DNA of 64,000 bases. It comes from Ruditapes philippinarum (taxonomy: Eukaryota). Shown here one piece after another: positions 1 through 12,683 of this stretch. Under the pieces are notes generated by a model, which worked only from the letters and a program-made list of their open reading frames with translations, did no database searches and had not been told where the DNA came from. The translations under genes were made by a program, and so were the position numbers. Every line of letters begins with the position of its first letter. Position 1 is the stretch's first letter. The stretch covers positions 1-64,000 of the forward strand of contig NW_026864756.1 of the NCBI RefSeq assembly GCF_026571515.1, given 5' to 3'.

Positions 1-3000
1 CAAGGAATACCTTAAATTTCCCGAAATGACCCCTTTTTAAAAATGCCTTTTTCATAATACAATTTCAGACTTTAAATAAAAAAGATCGCAATTTTCTGCA
101 ATTTTTGGGGTTTTAACTTTTTCCAAGGGCTTTTTAAAAATGTTGCATGCTCAAATGGGCAAAAAAAAAATTTTTTAAAAAAAAATTTTAAAGAAAATTT
201 GTATTTTAAAAAAATAACTAGGAAGGCCCCCAAGGGGACCCTTTTAAAAACCCCCACTGCCCAAATTTTTTAAAGTTTTTTGCAAAAGAAAAACCAACCT
301 TATTGAAACTAAATTTTTTACTTTGCACGTTTAAATTTATGTAAATTTCCCCTTTTTAAAAATTCCATTTTCAATCATTTAAAAAAATTTTTTTAAAAGG
401 GTTTAAAAATTTTTACTAATTAGAAAAAACTCAAATTTTTTTTTCTGAAAAGATATAATTTTTTGTTATTTTTCATAATCTTTTTTAAATTTTAAATTTT
501 CTGCCCTTTTGAAACTTCCAAACAAGAAAAAAAAATAACCCTTTCTTTTTGAAAAAAGCTTACAAATTTTAATTTTTCCGTTTTTTTTAACGATTTAAAA
601 ATAATCAGTTTTTTTTCCCTTCATCTAAATCTAAAAAAAATTTATAGACAATTTTCAATTTTTATTTAAATTTTTTGGGCTGGGCCCTATATTAAATAAA
701 ACAAGTCCCCAAAAAAAAGATAAATTTCGCCAAACACTTAACAAAGGGTTTGTTTAATTTTTTATCATTGCCCACGGTTTTTTTTTTTTTGGGGCGTCAA
801 CCAAAAAAATAATGGAAACGAAAATTTTAGACACTTATGTTTATTTTTCAAATGCCGGGAAAATAGTCCAAAAATCCCCGAAGCGTTTTCTTCCCTTTAA
901 AAGTACACTTTTCCCGAAAAATAAAGGGGGATCAAAGCATAAAGGGTTTTTCAAGGACAATTTTTTAATTTTCCCTAAAAAAAAAAATAGTTCCCGATTG
1001 GTCGAAGATTTTCTGAAAATTTTTATTCTTTTAAAATAACAACAATTTGCTCCATGATTTTTTTAAAAATCAAAATGTTTAAAAAACCGGTTTAAACCCT
1101 GAACAAAAATATCGAAAAAAAATAAGTTTGCCCCAAACCCTAAGAATAGGGAATTAGCGTATAACTCTCCCGAGGGAAAGGAAAGGGTTTTTACGGGGCG
1201 CTTTGGGAAACCCAAAGGCCCCGGAGTTCCCAAACCCCATTAAGGCAAATTTTAAACCCCTTTTTTTAAAACCCAATTTTCATTGAAAAGAATATCTTTG
1301 CAATTAGTCTTATAGTCAATTTCTATATTAAACACTAAAAAGCAAGGTGACACTTTTACAAAACAAATTTGGGTTTCAATAAAAAACCTTCACCTTTCTG
1401 ACAACGAGACGGGAAACAAAATTCAACGCCATCTGGCTTCGATTCAATTTTTTTTCTTTTATAATGGTCCCTAATAACTCCTTTGGGAAAGGGGGTGGGC
1501 CCCGGTGTTACCGCCCCTTTTACTTCCAATTTCAAATTATTTATAGCTAAAGGAGAAGATTGGGGGCGGGTTTTGGGAAAACTTGGGGTTTTTGGGGAAA
1601 ATTTAAATTTGGGGCATTAGGAATCATTTGATTTTGATTTTAAAAGTTTTTACATTGTTAAATTCCCAATTTTAAAGACCCTTTTTTTTTTCCCAAGAAA
1701 AAGCGTTTTAAAAGAAAACTAAACCATGTCCTTTTTTTGGGAAAATTTTTGGTAAAAAACAGTTTTATACTATTTCCTTTTCCTAGTAGTCCCCAAATTG
1801 AAAAACGTATAAAATATTTCACTTTCTTAGCTTGTTTTGGGTAGCTTCCCCCTTTTTTGTTAAAAACAAAGCCCCGGGGTGGGGGTTCAGGTTTTATCCC
1901 TTAAACCCCGGAAAAAAGATTTTCTACATTTTTTCCCCCATGTCCTAAAAATGATTTAAAATTTTTTTTTATTGTTGTTTTCTTTCCCTTTTCTTAACTT
2001 CTCATAAATTTTAAAAGAGAAATTTAAGGAAACATTTTAAAACTTGTCTGTATCTTACAAAAAAGAACAGAGTACGTACTAAATTTTTGAATTCGTAAAA
2101 AAACTTAAAACAGCGTTCCCGGCCCGAGGAAATTAAAAAGTTAAAAAGACAAACACTTAAAAAATTTTATTTCATTTTTAAATTTTGCTTTTAAAGGTTT
2201 TCAAAAATTTCCCCCTTGTAATTCTCGGGAAATAGCTCGTTTTAGGAGGAAAAGTCGGTTTTTTTTTTCCCTCACCGCAAGGCATAAAAAAAATAAATGA
2301 AGAGATAAAATAATGGGTACTAAAAATTTAAAGGTTTTTATAGTTTATTGGGGAAAAATAAAACATTTGAATAATTTCTCCAAGTTTCTATTTTTATGTG
2401 TTTTTTATTTAATCTATCGGATAGCCTATATACTCGTTTTCTGCGTAACATGTTTCACTGTTCGGATTGAAAAAGAATTGAGAATAGTTTAAACAACTTT
2501 CAAATGACCCAGGACAATTATTCAAGACTGGTAATATCTTAAGAAGAATTTTTATTTATTGTCGTTTTTGTTTTTAACAAAATACTGAGTGCGGTTTTTA
2601 CACAAATCAAACTTAGTTTTTGCTTTAATATTTTAATTTTTTACAACATGAAATGTTTTGGTCTTCGGAAAAAAAAATTAAATGTATAAAAAATTGTAAT
2701 TTTTTATGATGTTATTTGGGTAGAAATATACTTTATTCGTAATCATAATAGCTTATAATCGTATCCCAATGGTTAATCTAAAATACCAATATTACAGCTT
2801 TGGCAAAAAAAATAAAACTCGCAGGGACGGGTTTTTAAAAAAGACTAGAATGGGTGTCCCAAAAAATGAAATCGCCCGGGCCCAGAAACCCAAAAGGGAA
2901 GAAAAGGGCCCAGTAAATAAAAGGCAATTTAAATAAATTGGGCTGCCTAAATCAAATAAATTTGTCACCCAAAAAGAAAGTAAAAATATTGAAGATTTTT

Positions 3001-3720
3001 TTAATTTTTTTAAAACCACTTTAAACTTTTTAATATAATTTTTATCCCCCAAAATACCACTTCAACACGGGGAAAAAAACTAAAAAAAACCTTTAAAGGC
3101 CCTTTTGTATAAAAACAACAAATTTGGGGTACAAGTAAAACGGAAAAAACAAAACACAAAAAAAATTTTACTTTCAATTTCCAAAATCTTTGGAAAAGGG
3201 GTTTTTTTAAAAAATTTTTTTAAAATTTTAAAAATTTTAAAAAACAATAAAAGCTTTTTTTACTAAACCTTTTTCACAACCATTTAAGCGGGATAAGTAA
3301 TTTTTTCAAAAACCCATTTTCGGAAAATAAATTTCCAATTTAAAACAATAAAAACATTTTAAAAAAGATAGTGATTTTTAAATTTGGTCTTTTTTTTTCC
3401 TTCATTGTACAAATTTGGGCCCATAACAAGGGCCGAAAATTTTTTCGATCTACCGGGCCCTTTACAAAGGGGATGCCCGGGTTTTCCGGACTTAAAATTT
3501 TCAAAAAAAATATAAAAACGTCGTAAAACTTCTTTGGTAGAATACGAATTTTTGGAAAAAGTTTTATAAAAATTTGTTTGGGTTTTTTTTAAATTTCACT
3601 CTTTTAATTTTTTTAAGCCCAAAAAAAAAATTATTAAAATGAAAAAATGTAAAACTTAACTCGTTTCACCCTTTAAAAAGCGTTTATTTTATTGGTTTTG
3701 GCCCCCGGGTGTTTTGGGGC
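1..3720. other. Low-quality, homopolymer-inflated sequence (probably unpolished long-read consensus)
   Basis: Large excess of A/T/G/C homopolymer runs, ending near 3720. Positions 760-1450 read as a distorted copy of clean sequence at 15110-15780 and 59930-60495 (e.g. TTCCCGATTGGTCGAAGATTT; AACCTTCACCTTTCTGACA). Confidence 0.85.
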
Positions 3721-4214
3721 CCACATTGTGACGTCACGTAAACAATACTTTAAACGTCTGTACAGCGTTAACGACTGAATAAAAAATATTGGTGTTCGAA
3801 TTCATTTTCTTAGTTAGACCATTTTCTTTCATTCTAGATAGTTTTCACAACAAAATTCGACAAAAAATTGTTTTTACTTATCACATTTTTTAAACAAAAT
3901 GGCGCCCTCAATGTGAAAATACACAGGGAGATAATAAGAACGGCGAGTGCATTCTTGTAGAATCATTAGGACCTTCTTTGTTTATATAGAAACATTTCCG
4001 ATAGTGTGATTAAAGGTAGTTTGCCTTATAAAATTCTTTAAAAAAAAAACGGTGACAGGATAAATAGAATAATAGATTGGTGCCGTGGATGGAGAAAATT
4101 TATCTGGCTCTGCTCCGGAATTTATTGGGTTCGCCTTCGGCTCACCCAATAAATTCCTCCGCCTCGCCAGATAAACTTTCTCCATCCACGACACCAACCT
4201 ATTATTCTCTATAT
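3660..4214. mobile_element. Non-autonomous hairpin-terminated DNA element (Crypton- or Helentron-associated type)
   Basis: A ~155-bp palindrome at 4060-4214: AGAATAATAGATTGGTGCCGTGGATGGAGAAAATTTATCTGGC pairs with GCCAGATAAACTTTCTCCATCCACGACACCAACCTATTATTCT, around an inner GGAATTTATTGGGT...ACCCAATAAATTCC stem capped by C-TTCG-G. The left boundary lies in the low-quality region and is uncertain; the family is inferred. Confidence 0.6.
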
Positions 4215-4739
4215 CTCTACATATGTCAGCTATGAATTTGAATTATATGGTTTTTTGCTATTAATGAGGGACTGTTATGTTGAAGACAATTTGATGCTCT
4301 GCAGACTTTATTAAAATATAGCATCAAAGCATATAATATAGACCAAACGAAGATCAGAAAGTAAAAAGCGCAACAACATTTTCAAAGATTATTGTTCAAC
4401 AGGACGCGTTCAACATATACAACAAAAAGAACAAAAATGAATATTAGTAAAGAAGCAACACTACTGAACTTATGCTCAATTAGAGCAAGAATTACGAAGA
4501 TCAAAGTCATAATTATATCTTCCGTTATAACCATTATACATAAAGGACAGAAATTAATTATATTAATAAAGGTTCAAAGATTTTTATTGTTATAACCATT
4601 GGTTGTCCACAAATAAGAGTTTTAACATTCCATCCTGTATAAAATATACTCGTGTTGTGTATGCATCATCAGTTTATCTTGATAAGTCAGCAAATGAACC
4701 TTTTTGAAGCAAAAAGAGAATAAATGTTGATTACTGTAC

Positions 4740-4910
4740 NNNNNNNNNNNNNNNNNNNNNNNNNNNNNNNNNNNNNNNNNNNNNNNNNNNNNNNNNNNNN
4801 NNNNNNNNNNNNNNNNNNNNNNNNNNNNNNNNNNNNNNNNNNNNNNNNNNNNNNNNNNNNNNNNNNNNNNNNNNNNNNNNNNNNNNNNNNNNNNNNNNNN
4901 NNNNNNNNNN
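4740..4910. other. N gap (171 N)
   Basis: Run of N. Confidence 0.99.
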
Positions 4911-4963
4911 GAGTGAGTTTGGGTGAGTGAGTGAGTGAGTTTGGGTGAGTGAGTGAGTTTGGG
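4911..4963 (+). repeat. Compound (GAGT)n / TTTGGG simple repeat between two gaps
   Basis: GAGTGAGTTTGGGTGAGTGAGTGAGTGAGTTTGGGTGAGTGAGTGAGTTTGGG. Confidence 0.9.
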
Positions 4964-5441
4964 NNNNNNNNNNNNNNNNNNNNNNNNNNNNNNNNNNNNN
5001 NNNNNNNNNNNNNNNNNNNNNNNNNNNNNNNNNNNNNNNNNNNNNNNNNNNNNNNNNNNNNNNNNNNNNNNNNNNNNNNNNNNNNNNNNNNNNNNNNNNN
5101 NNNNNNNNNNNNNNNNNNNNNNNNNNNNNNNNNNNNNNNNNNNNNNNNNNNNNNNNNNNNNNNNNNNNNNNNNNNNNNNNNNNNNNNNNNNNNNNNNNNN
5201 NNNNNNNNNNNNNNNNNNNNNNNNNNNNNNNNNNNNNNNNNNNNNNNNNNNNNNNNNNNNNNNNNNNNNNNNNNNNNNNNNNNNNNNNNNNNNNNNNNNN
5301 NNNNNNNNNNNNNNNNNNNNNNNNNNNNNNNNNNNNNNNNNNNNNNNNNNNNNNNNNNNNNNNNNNNNNNNNNNNNNNNNNNNNNNNNNNNNNNNNNNNN
5401 NNNNNNNNNNNNNNNNNNNNNNNNNNNNNNNNNNNNNNNNN
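4964..5441. other. N gap (478 N)
   Basis: Run of N. Confidence 0.99.
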
Positions 5442-5659
5442 AATAAAATTGCAAATGCGGCATCTTTTTAATAAGAAGGTATAAGCCGGCTATGAACATA
5501 ATTCTATATTACTTGCAGCATGACGCTCACATCTTATTCAAGTAAACAATGACAGTGGAAACAAATACAGTCTACATACTTAAACAGATATGCCATTATA
5601 CCGGCAGAAATAAGAAAAAAGTATCATTTTGAGTGCGCAGTTTTTATATATAATGACAA

Positions 5660-5760
5660 TGGCCCATCGGCCAAACTTCTAACACGCTTCATACACTAGT
5701 CCCCTATCAAACAGTGTCATATGACGAAACATGGTCTTGACCCGGTTAGGGCTCGAATCC
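5660..5760 (-). mobile_element. Degenerate tRNA-SINE fragment
   Basis: Minus strand reads GGATTCGAGCCCTAACCGGGTCAAGACCATGTTTCGTCATATGACAC: B-box-like followed by a SINE-body-like sequence. Confidence 0.35.
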
Positions 5761-6065
5761 AATTCATTTGCTTGTCTTTTATATAGCACAATTTATGTTG
5801 CAAAATAAGAATCTAAACAATAAATATTTCATTATTTGGCAAACATACTGCAGATAGTAGAGTAATGTAAAAACTTTTATTATCATTGGCTCGGAATTTG
5901 TGATATACATAATTAAATTAGCTTTAGCTATGTAGCACTAAGTTCAAGTATGTTTCTATTTAAAGCTTCGTGCTTCAGTACGCTAGTGTACATAACGGTT
6001 AATGTTCGACTCCAGTTTAATCTATAAGAAAGGGTGGCTAGAGATAATGGCATTACTGATTAAAG

Positions 6066-6860
6066 CACAGGAACCTGAAATTCTAGCCAAAACAAAAAAA
6101 ATAGCGATTTAAAAAAAAATCCCATACATATACTATAAAAAACACAAGGAAGGCAACAACATTTCCCCACCCACCGCCACATTTACCAGGGATATTCGTA
6201 AAAACGCCTGGAATTTACTTCCGAGCACACTAAATCAATAAAGCACATTAAAATCTACCAGAAACACAACTTAATCTTATCAACTATCCAACTTTTACGC
6301 CAATTGAATGAATTTATCACTGCTCTTCTCTAATCGTCGGTTCCATTGCCAGTTCAAGCAATAAACTCCGTCATACCGTTATTGACCGGTTTTGAAGATC
6401 CCGAAATTCTATCCAAAAAAATAAAAAAAATGATTGAAGTAAAAATCCCATATATATAAAAGAAGTATTTAATATGGGATTTTTATTTAAATCGTTCTCT
6501 TTTTTTGTTTTGGGTAGAATTTCAGGATCTACAAAGACCGGTCAATAACGGTATGACGGAGTTTATCTCTTGAACTGGCAATGGAACCGACGATTAGAGA
6601 AGAGCAGTGATAAATTCATTCAATTGGCGTAAAAGTTGGATAGTTGATAAGATTAAGTTGTGTTTCTAGTAAATTTTAATGTGCTTTATTGATTTAGTGT
6701 GCTCGGAAGTAAATTCCAGGCGTTTTTACGAATATCCCTGGTAAATGTGGCGGTGGGTGGGGAAATGTTGTTGCCTTCCTTGTGTTTTTTATAGTATATG
6801 TATGGGATTTTTTTTTAAATCGTTATTTTTTTGTTTTGGATAGAATTTCAGGTTCCTGTG
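6066..6860. mobile_element. Foldback MITE with ~390-bp inverted arms, CACAGG...CCTGTG termini and a 7-bp TSD (P/Galileo-like)
   Basis: 6066-~6455 is nearly the exact reverse complement of ~6472-6860; both flanks read ATTAAAG (6059-6065 and 6861-6867). Confidence 0.9.
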
Positions 6861-7612
6861 ATTAAAGTCATCAGTTCGTTGGATTATACTTTACCCTTTG
6901 ACAATGAAGATAATAATTTAAATCTTTGATATGTTTGTGTTTTTATTCAGTTAATTATATTATAATGACAGTAACATTTGAAAAAAACTTATTAATATTC
7001 ATAATATCTACCACCTAGTATTCGTTTTATTTGAAGCGATCAGATAAGTTGTGATGGGAAAAACGTGGTTATTTTATTACGTCATACGACCGATTAACAC
7101 AGCGGTGTTGTGCGAAATACTTTCGTTAAATATAGAAAACAAATTAAGTAAAAGTATAACATATTGGCAAATGTGCTTTGAAATAAAACACGTTACCGTT
7201 ATTTTACAAAGAAATTTTCGTGAAATTATTAATGTACATGAAACTGTTTTGTTGTTTGTTTTTGTTGTTGTTTCTTGTCTGTTTTTTAGTTTGTTGTTTT
7301 GTTTTTGTTTTGGGTTGACCATTTGTTGTTTTTCCTTCTTGTTCCCCCGTAATCTTCTAATATAAATCAAAAGGAATGTGTACATTTCAAAATACATTCA
7401 AAGCTCTTTTGGACATCAGATTACATAGTACTTTCTATCAGAAGATATGGATATAAAACAGATTGAAATGCAGACAAAATATGCTAGCAGTGAATAGTGG
7501 TTTTGCACTGAAGTAATGTGAAAAACGGGAAGGCTGTGTTATGAGAATGAAAGTCTTGTTTATATATCTTTTGACATGGAAATCGCACAAAAAAGATATT
7601 GCAAACTAAATT

Positions 7613-7820
7613 TTACTTCACGTCATTGTTGTTGTTTTTTCTTGTCCTCCTGAAACATTGATTTCAGCATGTAAGTATTGAAGATTGAATACCGGTGCTA
7701 GGGAGCGTTGGAGATGTTGAACATAATATTATCTTTCATGATTAGTCTCAATCAAGCCGACTCTTTATTTCCATATACTAGTGTTTGTTTCGTTGCTTTC
7801 GAGGGATCACCCTTTTTCTA
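7613..7820 (+). repeat. Degenerate solo copy of the 'CCGGTGCTAGGG' repeat family
   Basis: Aligns with 37058-37270 (TACTTCAC...TGTTGTT...CATTGAT...CCGGTGCTAGGG...CTCAATCAA...CGAG.GATCAC); similarity starts at the TACTTCAC motif. Confidence 0.65.
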
Positions 7821-8782
7821 TAAATCATATTTTTATAACTTAGTAGTGTACCTGTTTTAGATTAACCGGTAACAATGTTCTTACAATCTAACATAAGCAT
7901 TATGGCAGTAAGAGAATTTGGATACCTAAATTAAGATTAAAAAGTAGACTTGTTATAATGTTGCATGGCTCAAAATATATAATGTTGCGTGGTTCAAAAT
8001 AGGTCAAGATATTAAAAAAAAAAACTTAATTCAAATATATTTGTATTAAAACAAACAAGTTTGCTAGTACATACAATCCAATTGCATTTTTTTCCATGTT
8101 TTAAGCAAAATGTTTTTAGTAACTAACTCTATACTTTTACTAACGTAGCACATTTTTATTCCTGCACATTTTGTTATGCTTTATTTTATTTATGTATATA
8201 TAAATTGCCATTTGCAATATCTACTTACATTATTTGTGTCCACTCACACATAAGAGCAACTTTATTTTTTTTAAATACCAATGAATATCGATGACAATTT
8301 ATTTTTCTACAAACGATCAACTTTTTCATTGCTGATGTTCTGTTTTTATAGCTTAATTTTTTGTATGAAATTATAGCAGAGAAAAATAATTTTAAAAAAT
8401 AGAACAGAAGAACAGAACAGAACAAATATTTTATTATTTTCAGACTTGAGCATATGCTCCTCATTTTAACAGAAATACAGTATATATCAAGGTATCACAT
8501 AAACATTACAAAAGTATGAATATTCTTATATAAATATATATACACATCAGTACATAATTATTTATCATGAGAGTGATATAATATAATGGTTATTTATACA
8601 AAGTCGGATTACAATTATATTATTTTCTTAAGATATCGAACAATTATTATCCCGGCAAGAGAAATGCACTTGGCTACTAAGTATTTCTAGAGCAATATTA
8701 TTTTTGAAACAAAAAGCAATAAACTATAGTACTTCTTTGGAATATAATACTATTACAGACTCAAATATTATATACAATGAGA

Positions 8783-11700
8783 CTATGTTAACAATTCGCT
8801 CCTGTTTTTCAATGCACAATTCAGATAACAAGTTAGATTGTTCAAAGTTTGTACATTCTTTAATTAAAACAACTGAGTGAGTTTAAACACACTAGGACGT
8901 TCCTAATAAAAATTGTCAATATATCGCTGTCTTTCACTTTTATACTTTGAACATGTTAAAAATAAAATGATATTCATCTTCAATGTCATTTAATCCACAT
9001 ACTTCGCAAACTCTCACGCTCCTATCTATCCTATTTTGTCCGATACTTTGCCGGTCTCACTACGTAGTTTATGTGAAGAAAGTCTAAACTTTGTTTAAAC
9101 TTGTCTACACTTTTTGATCTAACAACACTCAGGTAATCCTCATACACAAAGTCTTGTTTAACATTCTTATACACAAATAAAACACTATTGTTAGTCAAAC
9201 TACTATTCCAGTCTTGCACAAAAGTATCTATTAAACGCTGCCTAAAACATGTAATGAAACAGTTAATGTCAACATTTTGTGGTTGATTCCCAAATATAGC
9301 CGAATCCATAGCTATATAATAATTTCTTTACGTTATGAGCCCAGTTTACCTTTTCATCTTCCAGCATCAAATCATAAATTTTTCTAATTACGCAATTTTT
9401 TCGTATTCAAAATTTTTAAGCCAGAATTTAATAATTCTGATATAGCGATTAATATATAAAGGAAAACGTGCAAGTTCACCGTATACACCAACATTTTTAG
9501 TGGACAATTTAACATTTAGAATATGTTTGCAAAATTTAAGATGTATTCTCTCCATTTCTTGACATTTTGTATAACCCCATACTTCAGCAGAGTAATTTAA
9601 AATAGAAACACAAAAAGCGTCAAAAAAGGCTGCACATAGTTTTTGGTGTAAAATCAAAGTCTTTAGTATTTGATATTAAGGTATTCATTGCTTTAAGCGA
9701 TTTTCCAACTGGCATTTGTACATTTCGAATCAAAACGACCGTTAGAATTAAAGACCGTGCCTAAGTAATTAAAGTCATCCACTATCTCCAGACGATTTTC
9801 CGTCATAAGTCCATTGTTCGCTATTTTTCAGTCTTCCCCTCCGTCGAAATACCATCACTTTTGTTTTGTCAATGTTCACTTTTAATCCCCATCGATCACA
9901 GTATGTGTGAAGGTCATTTAAACTTTGTTGAAGATCTTCTATCGAGTTAGACATTAAAACCATATCGTCGGCGTAGAGAAAGAGGATTAACGTAATATCT
10001 CCGAAATCAAGACCACTGCCTGGACGAGAGCTTAAGTATAATTCTAAGTCTTCTACAAACATTGAACCAGAATAATGGAGAACATATTTCTTCTTGCTTT
10101 AGACCTACTAGTATTTCCATGAATTCGGAGTATTTATTTAAGTGTTTAACACAGCACCTCACTTGATCGTACATTGATCTCACGATTCTTAACATTTTAC
10201 CGTTTAACACCCCCAATTTATATATTTTAAGCCACAGTGCATTTCTATATACGCTGTCGAAGCATTTTTTCATATCAATGAATGTTGCATAAAAACGTTT
10301 TTCCACAATTTAAACTATTTTCAATTAATCCGTGAAGACAAAATATTGCGTCTGTTGTAGAGAAACCTTTTTTTAAATCCAAATTGCGAATCGGTGATGA
10401 TGTCATTTGCCGCGCACCAGTCTGTTAGTCTAGTATTTATTACAGACGTAAAAATCTTTGATAACACGCTTACTAAACGTAATTCCCCTGTAATTATCCA
10501 AAACGTTTTCGTCACCTTTTTTGAACAATGGAATGATAATCCCCTCCATCCAAGTTGACGGAAAATGACCACTCGAAAATATAAGATTAACTGTCAAATG
10601 TGAAGAAATAATATCCCCAGCCTCAATGAAATATTCATTAATCAAATCATCACTTGAGCCCGCCTTCGCGCGCTTAAGATGCTTAATTGCATGCTGTACC
10701 TCTGCAATAGTTATAATAGTATCAAGCTCCTCAAATATGGGGTCATCTGGCGACAACTCCTGCGAAAAACTCTTCACTTTCGCTGTCACATGTAATATTG
10801 ATTTCGTCTATTAAATTCTTGAAATAGGCACTGAAGTCATTTGCTGATAAATCACTACCTTTTGAAATTTTCTTTTTTGAAAAGAATTTCCAAAAACTCA
10901 CGTGGGTTTTTCGTTTTCAAATTCTCAATGTCATTCATTTTAACAGACTTAAATTGCAATCTTTTTGTTTTAATCCATTTTTTGTACACCCGTTTTCTTG
11001 ACATAAGGGATAATCTATTTTCATCGGTCGGAGATTGATTAAAACACTTTAAAGCCTCTAAATAATCATGTTTTTTATCATAACAAGATTGATCAAACCA
11101 CTCCGATTTTTTAACCACAGATTTCCTTTTGAATTTGTGCGTTCCTGAATAAAAGTCTCTTGATCGTATTTTTTCCAGGAATAACGGTTTTGCGACCTCG
11201 TTAATAAGACCTACAAACTCGCACACTACTCTGTTCACAGTTGAAGCATTGTGATTTACTACAGTGTCAAATATTGAATTAAATTGTGGTAACTTCGATA
11301 TAAGCCCTCTCCTGTACTCATCACGTTTGTCCGGATTCCATCTTATCTTATCATTGGAAGATTCCTCAATATAAGATTTAACGCAGGTATTCGCCGCTAC
11401 TCGAAACTGAATGATCTTATGATCAGAAAACATGTTAAAGTCAGACAATTCAAAAGTTTTAATGGAAACAAAATCACACTGTTTACACAAGAGGTAGTCT
11501 ATGACCGAATTACCGTTATATCCACAATACGTATAGGAGTCTGTATTCGGGAAACGGCCATTACAAATACGAAGCTCCGTTGATTTACAAATGTCAGGTT
11601 ATTGCCGTAAGCGTTACTATGATTATCCATTGATGTTCGTGATAGAGGTACGTCTGGCACATAATCTCTACCATCGATAATTGAATTCATTCTATCATAA

Positions 11701-12194
11701 CGGATGAAATCTGGCTTTACTGCTACACGGCTATTCATGTCCCCAGCAACAAAAACAGTTCCTTGAGACTGAAAATGAATGATATCGCTTTCAAGAGTTT
11801 CAAAGAGATTTACATTTACAATGTTGTAGGCTGGGGAATCCTGACCCCAGAGATAAACTGCACAAACATATATATCTTCAATAGTGTTGAAATATTCTCT
11901 CTCCAATTTCACCCATATAATAGTATCATAGTGATTACGGACAATAGATATTCCAGGAGAGATACAATCTTTACAATAGAGAACTATACCGCCACTAAAC
12001 CTGCGCGCGTTTCTATGTTGAAATTTGCGGTAACAGTTGAACGACTTATATCCGGTCAACTCAATAGAACTGTCAATGTTAGTCCATGATTCGAGAAGAA
12101 AAATTATATCGTATTTTGAAATCAAACGACAGAAGTCATCGTCCTCCATTTTTTGGCTAGACAAACCGTTACAATTCCAAACAGCAACTGACAC
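8783..12194 (-). pseudogene. LINE ORF2 (AP endonuclease + reverse transcriptase + C-terminal Cys/His motif), multiple frameshifts
   Basis: Endonuclease motifs WNCNGL, DIIFLLESW, SGGIVLY, AGDMNSR, SDH. RT motifs IIIPLFKKGD..NYRGIT, QFGF, FIDMKKCFDSV, GLKQEEICSP, LYADD, WGLKVNIDKTK. Further motifs ILNYSAEVWG...GELARFP and RVCEVCGLNDIEDEYH near 8970-9020. Confidence 0.95.
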
Positions 12195-12212
12195 ATCACC
12201 CTCGTGTATATC

Positions 12213-12683
12213 CTACGCGACAGTGCCATATGGACCGTTCATATAAATACTACCATCGACGATCAGTTTATTGTATTTTATGTAAGCTTCCTTATGATCA
12301 GCTCTTGCTTTTTTCATGATTGGTATGAGTCGTTTTCTCTGCGCCACAATGTCTGGTGGAAACTGATCGTGCATAAATAGACCTGTTGCTTTTGTGTCGA
12401 CCTTATCCTTGAAAGACTTTACATGATTTTTTGACTGTATATCCTTAAATGTAACTACTATGTTTCTTGGTTTACCAGGACGACGAGCACCAAAACGGTG
12501 AGCTCTTTCAATTTGTATGCTTTTAGCTTCCTCAGAAGGTATTTTCAAGCTGTCTGTGAAATATGTTTGCAAGCATTCAGCAGTTTGAATAATTGTTTCG
12601 TCGGCCACTTCCGGAATCCCTCCAATGATAAGGTTGTTTGCCATAGATTTTGTCTGAAGATCAGATAGATTTACCCTCAACAA
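12213..12683 (-). pseudogene. LINE ORF1 C-terminal part (L1/Tnp22-like RRM + CTD), 5'-truncated
   Basis: NNLIIGGIPE...IERAHRFG...PRNIVVTF...HDQFPP...RKRL...AYIKYNKLIVDG, directly upstream of ORF2. Confidence 0.88.

Noticed and set aside
4911-4963. Telomere-like G-rich repeat
   Set aside because: TTTGGG is interspersed with GAGT units and is not a tandem TTAGGG array.
4687-5499. Long ORFs in the ORF track
   Set aside because: Artefacts of translating through N runs.
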